A stretch of DNA of 19,280 nucleotides from Candidatus Zixiibacteriota bacterium (GTDB lineage: Bacteria > Zixibacteria > MSB-5A5 > CAIYYT01): the NCBI GenBank assembly GCA_040235515.1, contig JBECKX010000197.1, forward strand, positions 1 through 19,280, read 5' to 3'. The notes beneath the pieces are model-generated. The model ran no database searches and had not been told where the DNA came from. It saw only the letters and a program-made list of their open reading frames with translations. Position 1 is the stretch's first letter. Every line of letters begins with the position of its first letter. This document shows positions 1 through 7,737 of this stretch, piece by piece. The translations under genes were made by a program, and so were the position numbers.

Positions 1-1019
1 TCATCGCGAGGAGTCCGCGGCGGACGACGTGGCGATCTCGTTGCTTCCCCCATCTTGGAGCATTGAGATTGCCACGCTCCCTCATCGCCTGCACGCCGTA
101 GCGCACAAGCGGCGACTTGCTCGCCCGTAATGACAGTTCCCGGCCAACCCTGAGGGAAACGTAACTCACGGGTACCCCACCGCTTGCGGTGGGGATCTCT
201 TCACTCCACCACAACTTGATGCTGCCTGGGCGAGTGCCACTCGCCCCTACAAAGGGAGGTTCACTATCTGTCGTGATGTAGAGAGGCATGTCATCGCGAG
301 GATCGGTTTGACAGAGTCGAACCGGGACGTGGCGATCTCGTTGCTTCCTCCGCACTGGAGCACTGAGATTGTCACGCTCCCTCATCGCCTGCACGCCGTA
401 GCGCACAAGCGGCGACTTGCTCGCCCGTAATGACAGTTCCCGGCCAACCCTGAGGGAAACGTAACTCACGGGTACCCCACCGCTTGCGGTGGGAGTTTCT
501 TCACTCCACCACAACTTGATGCAGTCTGGGCGAGTACCACTCGCCCCTACAAAGGGTGATCCAATATTGTCGAGGCGTGGGTAAAGTCATCGCGAGGAGT
601 CCGCGGCGGACGACGTGGCGATCTCGTTGCTTCCCCCGCACTGGAGCACAGAGATTGCCACGCTCCCTCATCGCCTGCACGCAGTAGCGCACAAGCGGCG
701 ACCCACTCGCTCGCAATGACAGTTTATCGGCCAACCCTGAGGGAAACCTGCGGGTACCCCACCGCTTGCGGTGGGAATCTCTTCACTTCACCACAACTTG
801 ATGCTGCCTGGGCGAGTGCCACTCGCCCCTACAAAGGGTGATCCAGTATTGTCGAGGCGTGGGTAAAGTCATCGCGAGGAGTCCGGCGGACGACGTGGCG
901 ATCTCGTTGCTTCCCCCGTCTTGGAGCACAGAGATTGTCACGCCCCCTCATCGCCTGCGGCGACTCACTCGCTCGCAATGACAGTTTCTCGGCCAACCCT
1001 GAGGGAAACGTAACTCACG
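1..1019. repeat. Tandem array of ~282-296 bp composite palindromic units (BIME-like), 3 full units plus 1 partial, truncated at the left edge
   Basis: Units start at (G)TCATCGCGAG at 1, 290, 586 and 868. Each full unit has a large cruciform GTCATCGCGAG..CGTGGCGATCTC..GAGATTG(C/T)CACG..AATGAC, a CCCCACCGC-TT-GCGGTGGG hairpin (175-194, 475-493, 757-775) and a minus-strand GTAG-tagged REP, GTAGGGGCGAGTGG(C/T)ACTCGCCC (228-250, 528-550, 810-832). Confidence 0.93.
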
Positions 1020-1039
1020 CAATCGATGCACGCATCAAA

Positions 1040-1100
1040 CTCCCCCTCTTGAGAGGGGTGGACTCGATCCGAGCTTGCGAGGAACGAGAACGGGGTGTGT
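1040..1100 (-). repeat. Palindromic element ACACACCCC...CCCCTCTCAAGAGGGGGAG (REP-like, a different family from the array)
   Basis: CCCCTCT-TG-AGAGGGG hairpin plus an internal hairpin and GGGGTGTGT end. It resembles, from recall only, repeats often seen near DUF559 endonuclease genes. Confidence 0.55.
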
Positions 1101-1150
1101 ATTCGTGTGAGCCGGTCGTCGATTCAAGGGCGAGGTGTTGAGGTGAAGAC

Positions 1151-1184
1151 AAAGAAAAACGCGGCGCACCGGGAGGTACGCCGC
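1151..1184 (-). terminator. Intrinsic terminator of the tgt-yajC-def-fmt-rng operon
   Basis: Minus strand reads GCGGCGTACC-TCCC-GGTGCGCCGC-GTTTTTCTTT: a 10-bp stem with one G-U pair and a U tract, about 140 nt downstream of the rng stop. Confidence 0.75.
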
Positions 1185-1198
1185 ACACGTTCTATGAT

Positions 1199-1224
1199 TG
1201 GATACCGGCTTACGCCGGTATGAC
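1199..1224 (-). repeat. GTC-tagged REP-like hairpin GTCATACCGGCGTAAGCCGGTATCCA
   Basis: Perfect ATACCGGC/GCCGGTAT stem with GTAA loop and GTC(A) tag, the form of CGTC/GTC-tagged palindromic repeat families. Confidence 0.7.
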
Positions 1225-1230
1225 AGCCGC

Positions 1231-1251
1231 AGGGCGAATGGTATTCGCCCT
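1231..1251. repeat. Degenerate GGGCG..CGCCC REP-like hairpin
   Basis: AGGGCGAAT-GGT-ATTCGCCCT, a 9-bp perfect stem with the same architecture as the array GTAG-REPs. Confidence 0.6.
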
Positions 1252-1267
1252 CTTCATTTTCCAATCA

Positions 1268-1307
1268 GATGCTGCCCGGGCGAGTACCACTCGCCCCTCT
1301 ACGAAGG
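1268..1307 (-). repeat. Solo copy of the array's GTAG-REP module with its flanks
   Basis: GATGCTGCCCGGGCGAGTACCACTCGCCCCTCTACGAAGG matches the array segment GATGCTGCCTGGGCGAGT(G/A)CCACTCGCCCCTACAAAGG. Confidence 0.8.
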
Positions 1308-1323
1308 ACTGTTTAGCTGCATC

Positions 1324-2877
1324 CTACCGTACACCCTGATACAGCGCCGTAATATCCACATCCTCGGATGTGTCGATAATCTTGTACTCGTCCAGCTTCA
1401 GGCTTTCATCACCGATGAGCTTAATCCGGAATCGGTGCGCCTTTTCAATCTCGCGAATACGATCTGATTCGCCGTTACTCATGAACTTGGCAACTTCAGG
1501 GTGGAAGCGCACCTCATAGTTGCGTCCTGCGTGAGCGACCTTGGCGCGCATAAACCAGCGCTCGATCTTCATCGCGATCGTTTCCTTCGACATAATGCGG
1601 CCCAATCCATTGCAAGCCGGGCACTGATCAGAAAGCGTAAAGAGAATCGATTCCTTGGTGCGTTCACGAGTCATCTCGATCAAGCCAAAATCTGAAACCG
1701 GCTGGATCGAGTTCTTGGCGCGATCATTGGCGAAGCAACGTTTGAACTCCTCATACAGAATGCGACGATTCTCATACGAGTACATATCGATGAAATCGAT
1801 GATCAACAACCCGCCGATATCGCGAAGTCTGATTTGGCGTGCCGCCTCGCGCGCCGCCTCGAGATTGGTCTGCAGGATCATGTTCTCCGGGTCTTTACGA
1901 TTGCCGGTGAAACGTCCCGTATTGACGTCGATTGTGACGAGAGCTTCGGTCTGATCGATGATCAGGTACGACCCCTTCTTAATCCATACCTTGCGATCAA
2001 GCATCTTGTCGATCTCCTGCTCGATATGGAAGGTGTCGAAGATGGGTACTTCGCTCGTGTACAACTCAATCTTGTTGCGCATCTCCGGATCGATCGACTT
2101 GACATAGCGCAGAATCTGCTTGTATGTCTTCTTGTCATCCACCACCAGATGGTTGGTGTCGGTCGTGAAAACATCGCGGATCACGAATGAGGTCATCGAC
2201 TCTTCGCTGTGCAGCAGCGTTCCCGGTCTGGCGCGATCGGCTTTCCGCTTAATTTTGTTCCAGGTCTTGGTCAGCTTGCGAATATCCGCCTTAAACTCTT
2301 TCTCGGTACGCCCTTCCCCTTCGGTGCGGACAATCACGCCGCAGGCCTCCGGTTTGCAGTCGTACACCAGCCGGCGCAGCCGACGCCGCTCGGCGAAATT
2401 CTCGATTCGCTTGGAGACGCGGATATAGGCTGAGTTCGGAGAAAGCACCGAAAACCGCCCCGGCAGTGACAGATCGGTGGTGACGCGGGGGCCCTTGGTT
2501 CCAATCGGTTCCTTGATGATCTGCACCACGATCTCCTGCCCCTGCTTTAATATCTTCTCGATATTCTGGTGCTTGTGTTTGCGCATTACCTCGGCATTCA
2601 CAGCTTCATCTTCGTCATCATCCAGCTCGAAGCGGCTACCCGCTTCGGAGGCAAGGGCGATGTCGGAGATGTGAAGGAATGCCGCTTTTTCGAGACCGAT
2701 GTCAACAAAGGCGGCCTGCATACCGGAGACGATCCCGGTCACCTTGCCCTTGTACATGTTCCCGACAATGCGCTCGTCGTCGGCACGCTCGACATGCAGT
2801 TCGACCAACTTGTCGTTTTCGATTACTGCAATACGAGTCTCGTGATCACCGACATTGACGATGATTTCTTTCTTCAC
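1324..2877 (-). CDS. rng: Ribonuclease E/G family (Rne/Rng) endoribonuclease, catalytic domain only
   Basis: S1 domain (GNMYKGKV..MQAAFVDIGLEKAAFLH), TEALVTIDVNTG, RLRDIGGLLIIDFIDM, CPAC Zn-link. GTG start with AGGAG RBS. 517 aa. Confidence 0.95.
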   Translation of the reverse strand: MKKEIIVNVGDHETRIAVIENDKLVELHVERADDERIVGNMYKGKVTGIVSGMQAAFVDIGLEKAAFLHISDIALASEAGSRFELDDDEDEAVNAEVMRKHKHQNIEKILKQGQEIVVQIIKEPIGTKGPRVTTDLSLPGRFSVLSPNSAYIRVSKRIENFAERRRLRRLVYDCKPEACGVIVRTEGEGRTEKEFKADIRKLTKTWNKIKRKADRARPGTLLHSEESMTSFVIRDVFTTDTNHLVVDDKKTYKQILRYVKSIDPEMRNKIELYTSEVPIFDTFHIEQEIDKMLDRKVWIKKGSYLIIDQTEALVTIDVNTGRFTGNRKDPENMILQTNLEAAREAARQIRLRDIGGLLIIDFIDMYSYENRRILYEEFKRCFANDRAKNSIQPVSDFGLIEMTRERTKESILFTLSDQCPACNGLGRIMSKETIAMKIERWFMRAKVAHAGRNYEVRFHPEVAKFMSNGESDRIREIEKAHRFRIKLIGDESLKLDEYKIIDTSEDVDITALYQGVR

Positions 2878-2936
2878 GGTTGTAGCTCCTGACTACTTCA
2901 GGTCTGCTTTGCAGAGACCTGCTATAAATGTAAAAG

Positions 2937-3875
2937 TCAGGATACGGTGAGTCTGGTACCGGGAGAGAGACGAGCTCCGTTGAGGAAAGATTGGACATCC
3001 ATACGCTTCTTGCCGGCGGGGCAAACCTCAAGTAGTCTCACTGCACCACTGCCGGCGGCCACGATCAGGCCACTATTCTTGTCGGCGGCGATAATCTCGC
3101 CGGGTGGGTGAGTTCCATTACTCGGGTCCGCTAACGCGGCACGCAGGATTTTGAGGCGATTACCATTCAGGTATGAGTATGCATCGGCTGAGCCGGCGAG
3201 ACCGCGAATACGGTTCACTACCTTGATTGCCGGTTGCTCCCAGTCGATCAGGCTGTCGGCGGCTGATATTTTCGGCGCCGCCGTGGCTGCCGTGTCATCC
3301 TGTGGCATAGCTTGAATCTTGCCTTCCTCGATACGGTCGATAGTCTCTACAAGCAGATCTGCGCCGATGTTGGCCAGGCGAGGATACAATTCCTCGTACG
3401 TCTCATTAGGACCGATCTCAACTCGACGCGACAGCAGAATTCCGCCGGTGTCTACGTTTCGTGCAATCCTGAACGTAGTCACACCGGTTTCAGATTCGCC
3501 CGCCATCAGGGCATGCTCAATCGGTGCCGCTCCACGATACTTCGGCAATAATGAGCCGTGGAGATTGATGGCACCTTGAGGCGGCAAGGAAAACAACTTT
3601 TCCGGCAGAATTCTAAACGCAACCACCGCGAATAAGTCGGCAGCGTATTCGCCGACTCTTCTGATGAAGCTTTCATCACGTAGCTTTCGTGGCTGCAGAA
3701 CCTCGAGATTCTGTTCGAGCGCGTATCTTTTTACTTCAGACGGCGCTAACTTCTTGCCGCGACCCTGCGGTTTGTCGGGAGCCGTTACGACGGCTGCGAC
3801 CTTATGGCGGGATTTGAGTAGTCGCTCAAGTGCGATCTGCGCAAACCTGGGTGTACCAAAAAAAACTAACCGCAT
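2937..3875 (-). CDS. fmt: Methionyl-tRNA formyltransferase
   Basis: N-terminal FFGTPRFA, VVTAPDKPQGRG, NLHGSLLPKYRGAAP motifs. Adjacent to def. Confidence 0.97.
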   Translation of the reverse strand: MRLVFFGTPRFAQIALERLLKSRHKVAAVVTAPDKPQGRGKKLAPSEVKRYALEQNLEVLQPRKLRDESFIRRVGEYAADLFAVVAFRILPEKLFSLPPQGAINLHGSLLPKYRGAAPIEHALMAGESETGVTTFRIARNVDTGGILLSRRVEIGPNETYEELYPRLANIGADLLVETIDRIEEGKIQAMPQDDTAATAAPKISAADSLIDWEQPAIKVVNRIRGLAGSADAYSYLNGNRLKILRAALADPSNGTHPPGEIIAADKNSGLIVAAGSGAVRLLEVCPAGKKRMDVQSFLNGARLSPGTRLTVS

Positions 3876-3928
3876 CCCGGGTATTCTTTTCTGTATCTAA
3901 ATCTATCTTTAACCTGAGCCGGTTACTT

Positions 3929-4432
3929 CTAACCGACCTTGATTTTCTTCAACTTGCCTGAAATCATCTCTCGTTCCGCCGGCTCGATATGGTCGATGAA
4001 GAGTTTGCCGTTGAGGTGGTCAGTCTCGTGCTGAATTGCGCGGGCAAACAACCCCTCCGCCTCAACCTCGTTCTCGTTGCCGTCCAGATCAAAATAACGA
4101 CAAACAACCTTGTTAGCACGGGTGATTTCCAGGTAAAGACCGGGAAAAGAGAGGCATCCCTCCTCACCGCACTGTTCGCCTTCCATCGAGATTATCTCAG
4201 GGTTAATCATAACCAGATCGTCAAGCTCGAATGAAGATGAACTGAGATCGAGGATGAAGAACCTCTTTGTCACGCCCACCTGAGGCGCCGAGAGACCGAC
4301 ACCCTTCACGCGGCGGAGCGTCTTGAACATCTCGCCGATGAACTCCTTCAGCTCTGGAGTAATCTCCTCGACCGGAGTGCACATCTCGCGGAGGACTTCA
4401 TCACCATATATGACGATTTCCTGGTTAGCCAA
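3929..4432 (-). CDS. def: Peptide deformylase
   Basis: GVGLSAPQVG, EGCLS and QHETDHLNG motifs. TTG start preceded by GGAG. Confidence 0.97.
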   Translation of the reverse strand: MANQEIVIYGDEVLREMCTPVEEITPELKEFIGEMFKTLRRVKGVGLSAPQVGVTKRFFILDLSSSSFELDDLVMINPEIISMEGEQCGEEGCLSFPGLYLEITRANKVVCRYFDLDGNENEVEAEGLFARAIQHETDHLNGKLFIDHIEPAEREMISGKLKKIKVG

Positions 4433-4489
4433 TTTTTAACTCCAAATTCCAACTCACCCAAGAGGGCAGACTGGCAAAATTCTACTCTC

Positions 4490-4810
4490 TTAGGTAACTT
4501 TCTGAGCAATAGAGGACTTCAGGAATTCCATTTTAACCTCTTCGGAAACCTTGATGATAACTTTATTCTCGTTATCGTTGATTCCGAAGATGGTCCCGAA
4601 CATCCCTCCAGTTGTAACAACACGGTCACCCTTCTTAAGTTCCGCGAGCATCGCCTGATGCTCTTTCTGCTTCTTCTGCTGCGGGCGGATCATCAGGAAA
4701 TACATCACGGCGATGATCAACACAAACGGCAGGAGCATTCCGATGATGCTGCCGCTACCGCCTTCGCCACCCTGGGGTGCCGCCATTAGAATAGTGTAAT
4801 ACAAATCCAT
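4490..4810 (-). CDS. yajC: Preprotein translocase subunit YajC
   Basis: Single TM followed by YFLMIRPQQKKQKEHQAML and LKKGDRVVTTGG. Start placed at ATG 4810, with GGAGGA 10 nt upstream, rather than 4828. Confidence 0.95.
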   Translation of the reverse strand: MDLYYTILMAAPQGGEGGSGSIIGMLLPFVLIIAVMYFLMIRPQQKKQKEHQAMLAELKKGDRVVTTGGMFGTIFGINDNENKVIIKVSEEVKMEFLKSSIAQKVT

Positions 4811-4843
4811 TCGCTCTTTATCCTCCAAACTATTTCATCTAAA

Positions 4844-5974
4844 TTATACGTAGTCAGGCTCATCTTTAAACAGGCTAATCAGCTCCTTTTTGAAGCCTGC
4901 AAAGTTATCAGCGAGAATGGCTTCGCGAGCCCGACGAGTCAGGTCAAGATACATCTGAATGTTGTGAATTGTCAAGAGTCGTAGTCCCGCAATTTCTCCG
5001 ACATTGAGAAGATGGCGCAGATAAGCGCGGCTGTAATTGCGACAGCAGATGCAACCGCATGCCTCATCGATCGGGCGATAATCGTGCGAATAGGTTGCAG
5101 CCTTGATTGTCAGCTTCCCATTCCAGGTGAAAACGGTACCATTGCGGGCATTGCGGGTCGGCATCACACAGTCGAACATATCTATCCCCCGCTCGATCCC
5201 ATCTATGATATCTGCCGGTGTACCGACTCCCATCAGATAGCGCGGTTTCTCTGTCGGCAGGATCGCATTCATCTGTGTCAGGATCGGCAGCATCTCAGAT
5301 TTCGGCTCTCCAACCGAAAGGCCCCCAATAGCATAGCCCGGAAAATCTAGCGCGACGAGATCCCTGGCTGAACGTTCGCGCAAGTCAGAAAACACCGATC
5401 CCTGAACGATAGCAAAGAGTGCCTGATTTTGTGGATCGGCGCCCCAATAGTCGCGCGCTCTCTCTTCCCACCTGAGCGTCTGGCGCTCCGCCCGCTCGGC
5501 TTCTTCGTGAGTGCATGGGTACTCGATGCAGACATCGAGTGGCATGATGATATCAGCGCCGATCGCTCGTTCGATATCGATTGTCGACTCCGGGGTAAAC
5601 AGATGGGGTGAGCCGTCGATGTTTGATTTGAAATGAACCCCCTCATCGGTAATCTTCCGTAACTCCTTGAGCGAGAACACCTGAAACCCGCCCGAGTCGG
5701 TGAGCGTGGGACCCCTCCAACCGTTGAAGCACGCCAACCCTCCGGCATTGCGAATGATCTCTGTTCCCGGCCTGAGGTAGAGGTGGTAGGTGTTTCCCAG
5801 AATGATCTGGGCTCCGAGGGAGCGAAGATCGTCGCCATCGAGGGCTTTCACCGATGCAGCGGTCCCTACCGGCATGAACACCGGCGTCTTGACCGCGCCA
5901 TTGGGAGTTGTGATCTCCCCTGCACGTGCAGAACCACTGGTCGCTTCCAGTCTGAAGCTGAAGAAATCGAGCAT
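4844..5974 (-). CDS. tgt: Queuine tRNA-ribosyltransferase (tRNA-guanine transglycosylase)
   Basis: TPVFMPVGT, ILGNTYHLYLRPG, TDSGGFQ, DMFDCVMPTRNAR, Zn site CGCICC..H. Start placed at ATG 5974 from promoter geometry. Confidence 0.97.
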   Translation of the reverse strand: MLDFFSFRLEATSGSARAGEITTPNGAVKTPVFMPVGTAASVKALDGDDLRSLGAQIILGNTYHLYLRPGTEIIRNAGGLACFNGWRGPTLTDSGGFQVFSLKELRKITDEGVHFKSNIDGSPHLFTPESTIDIERAIGADIIMPLDVCIEYPCTHEEAERAERQTLRWEERARDYWGADPQNQALFAIVQGSVFSDLRERSARDLVALDFPGYAIGGLSVGEPKSEMLPILTQMNAILPTEKPRYLMGVGTPADIIDGIERGIDMFDCVMPTRNARNGTVFTWNGKLTIKAATYSHDYRPIDEACGCICCRNYSRAYLRHLLNVGEIAGLRLLTIHNIQMYLDLTRRAREAILADNFAGFKKELISLFKDEPDYV

Positions 5975-5981
5975 ACGGCCC

Positions 5982-6010
5982 AATATAGCCCGCCCGATCC
6001 TCTAAGCCAA
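5982..6010 (-). promoter_or_regulatory. Putative sigma70 promoter of the tgt operon (probably leaderless)
   Basis: Minus strand TTGGCT-N17-TATATT-N7-ATG (5974). No SD in the 7 intervening nt. Confidence 0.55.
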
Positions 6011-6252
6011 AATAATAGAATCAGTTAAGGCTCAGAAAGGGGGTATAAATCGCCCTCGGCAGTGTAATTGTTCCTCGCTAAAACCCGATAAATGTGAATA
6101 GGCTGTCTGTCCGTTGGTCCATGACAGCAACAAAGCCGTAAATGGTTGTGTTAGAAAGCGTAGAAGTATAGAAGGTGTACAGGTTGGCGACAGCGAAGTC
6201 TCACCCGAACTCGTTTAAATTCTGACACGATAAATTGGAACAGGAATAGATA

Positions 6253-7623
6253 ATGATAGCAGCACAAGCATCACCAGGTAAGATTGTCCGCCAAACATTC
6301 AGAAGCTCATGCAAGCTGGTGACGATTGTCTGCCTCATCTGCCTGCTCTCGCTGCCGGCAGCAGCCAAGACCTGGTATGTCGCCAATGGTGGCAACGATG
6401 TCGCCGGTGGTGGCACCAGCGGATCGCCGTTTGCCACCCTGCAGTTTGCGATCAGCCAGGCCGCTGGAAGTGATTCGATCAGCGTTGGCGCCGGTTTGTT
6501 TGTTGGCGCGGGTAATCGTGATATCTCGGTCAGTGGTAAGTCACTCACGATATTCTCACCCGGTGGTCCCGCTGCGACGACGTTTGATTGCGAAGGCAGC
6601 GTCAGCAATCGACACCGTGCGATCACATTTGGAGCCGGGATAGATTCCACCTTCAAGCTGGTCGGCATAACATTCAGGAACGGCTACGACTCTACCGGCG
6701 GACTCTTTTACGTCGGGAGCGGCGCTGATCCCACATTCGAGGATTGTCGCTTCGAGTTGAGCGAGGCCTTCAATGGCGGCGCGGTCTTCTGCGAAGATGC
6801 TTCGGGAACTTTCAAGAACTGCAGCTTCACGAATAACAATTGTGACAATCTTGGTGGAGCGGTTTTCATCGAAACCGGAGCTTCACCGACATTCATCGAC
6901 TGCGATTTCGACGGGAATTCGTCAGACAACTATGCCGGGGTCCTGATGGTCGGCAACGCCGCCAGCGGCTCCTTCCGCAACTGTCTCTTTGCCGAGACTT
7001 CGGCGACCTGGGGTGGAGGTATGCTGTATGCTTCCGGCGGCAACATCGACTTCACTGGCTGTACCTTCGTCAAGTCCTCAGCGACCTGGACCGGTGACGT
7101 GCTTGCATTCGCCAATTCGACGGTGAGTCTGGAGAATTGCCTGCTTCATACGATTGCGGGCAGCGAGGCGATCGTTTGTCTCGGCACCAGCACGCTGACA
7201 ATCGACTGCACCAATATTTTCTCGACAGAATATACCGGTTGGTTCGGTGCGTGTGTGACACCCTACTTCGGCATCAACGGTAACTTCTCGGCGGAACCGG
7301 CATTCTTCGACTACGGTGCCGGCGATTACCGCCTCGACAGTTCATCTCCCTGCGCACCCGCCAATAACACGTGCAATGTATTGATCGGGAGCGAATCGGT
7401 ATTGCCGGAGACAGACGATTGTGGTGACCTCGATGGTGACGGCATGACCACGATTACCGACGCCGTGTACGGGATTAACTATATCTTCGCCGATGGGCCG
7501 AATCCGCAAGACTCGCATGGCGGTGATGTCGACTGCAGTGGAGCGATGATTATCACCGACTGCGTCTACCTGATCAATTACATCTTCGCGCATGGTGCAC
7601 CACCCTGCGAGAACTGCAAGTGA
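6253..7623 (+). CDS. Secreted right-handed parallel beta-helix (pectin-lyase-like/Pmp-repeat) protein with C-terminal dockerin type I-like domain
   Basis: Hydrophobic signal ending PAAA/KTWYV, GTSGSPFATLQFAI cap, repeated F-x-x-C-x-F and GGAV motifs, GNFSAEPAF..DYRLDSSSPC, and a duplicated dockerin-like motif GDLDGDG..ITDAVYGINYIF / GDVDCSG..ITDCVYLINYIF (7420-7620). Confidence 0.85.
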   Translation: MIAAQASPGKIVRQTFRSSCKLVTIVCLICLLSLPAAAKTWYVANGGNDVAGGGTSGSPFATLQFAISQAAGSDSISVGAGLFVGAGNRDISVSGKSLTIFSPGGPAATTFDCEGSVSNRHRAITFGAGIDSTFKLVGITFRNGYDSTGGLFYVGSGADPTFEDCRFELSEAFNGGAVFCEDASGTFKNCSFTNNNCDNLGGAVFIETGASPTFIDCDFDGNSSDNYAGVLMVGNAASGSFRNCLFAETSATWGGGMLYASGGNIDFTGCTFVKSSATWTGDVLAFANSTVSLENCLLHTIAGSEAIVCLGTSTLTIDCTNIFSTEYTGWFGACVTPYFGINGNFSAEPAFFDYGAGDYRLDSSSPCAPANNTCNVLIGSESVLPETDDCGDLDGDGMTTITDAVYGINYIFADGPNPQDSHGGDVDCSGAMIITDCVYLINYIFAHGAPPCENCK

Positions 7624-7705
7624 ACCGGGAAATTCAAGGAATAGTGGCTATTTAGATCGCTAATCTCCACAGCAAGCCTTCCGCGATTTCTTCAAAACAA
7701 AAAAG

Positions 7706-7734
7706 TTGACACACTAGTTCAGGAATCCTATCCT
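7706..7734 (+). promoter_or_regulatory. sigma70-type promoter of the S8 peptidase gene
   Basis: TTGACA (7706-7711)-N17-TATCCT (7729-7734), with an A-rich UP-like tract AAAACAAAAAA just upstream. Confidence 0.7.
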
Positions 7735-7737
7735 GAA
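7718..7737. promoter_or_regulatory. Candidate repressor operator overlapping the -10 box
   Basis: Perfect inverted repeat TTCAGGA-N6-TCCTGAA. Confidence 0.5.

Noticed and set aside
141..170. Hammerhead ribozyme in the repeat unit (CTGAGGGAAAC)
   Set aside because: It lacks the CUGANGA core, and there is no stem II between CUGA and GAAA.
1..1019. CRISPR array
   Set aside because: The repeated portion is ~250 bp rather than 25-50 bp, the variable segments are not unique (units 2 and 3 are nearly identical), and no cas genes are in view.
501..1467. ORFs 501-734, 935-1141 and 1198-1467
   Set aside because: Chance translations of palindromic repeats or overlap with rng, with no recognisable protein features.
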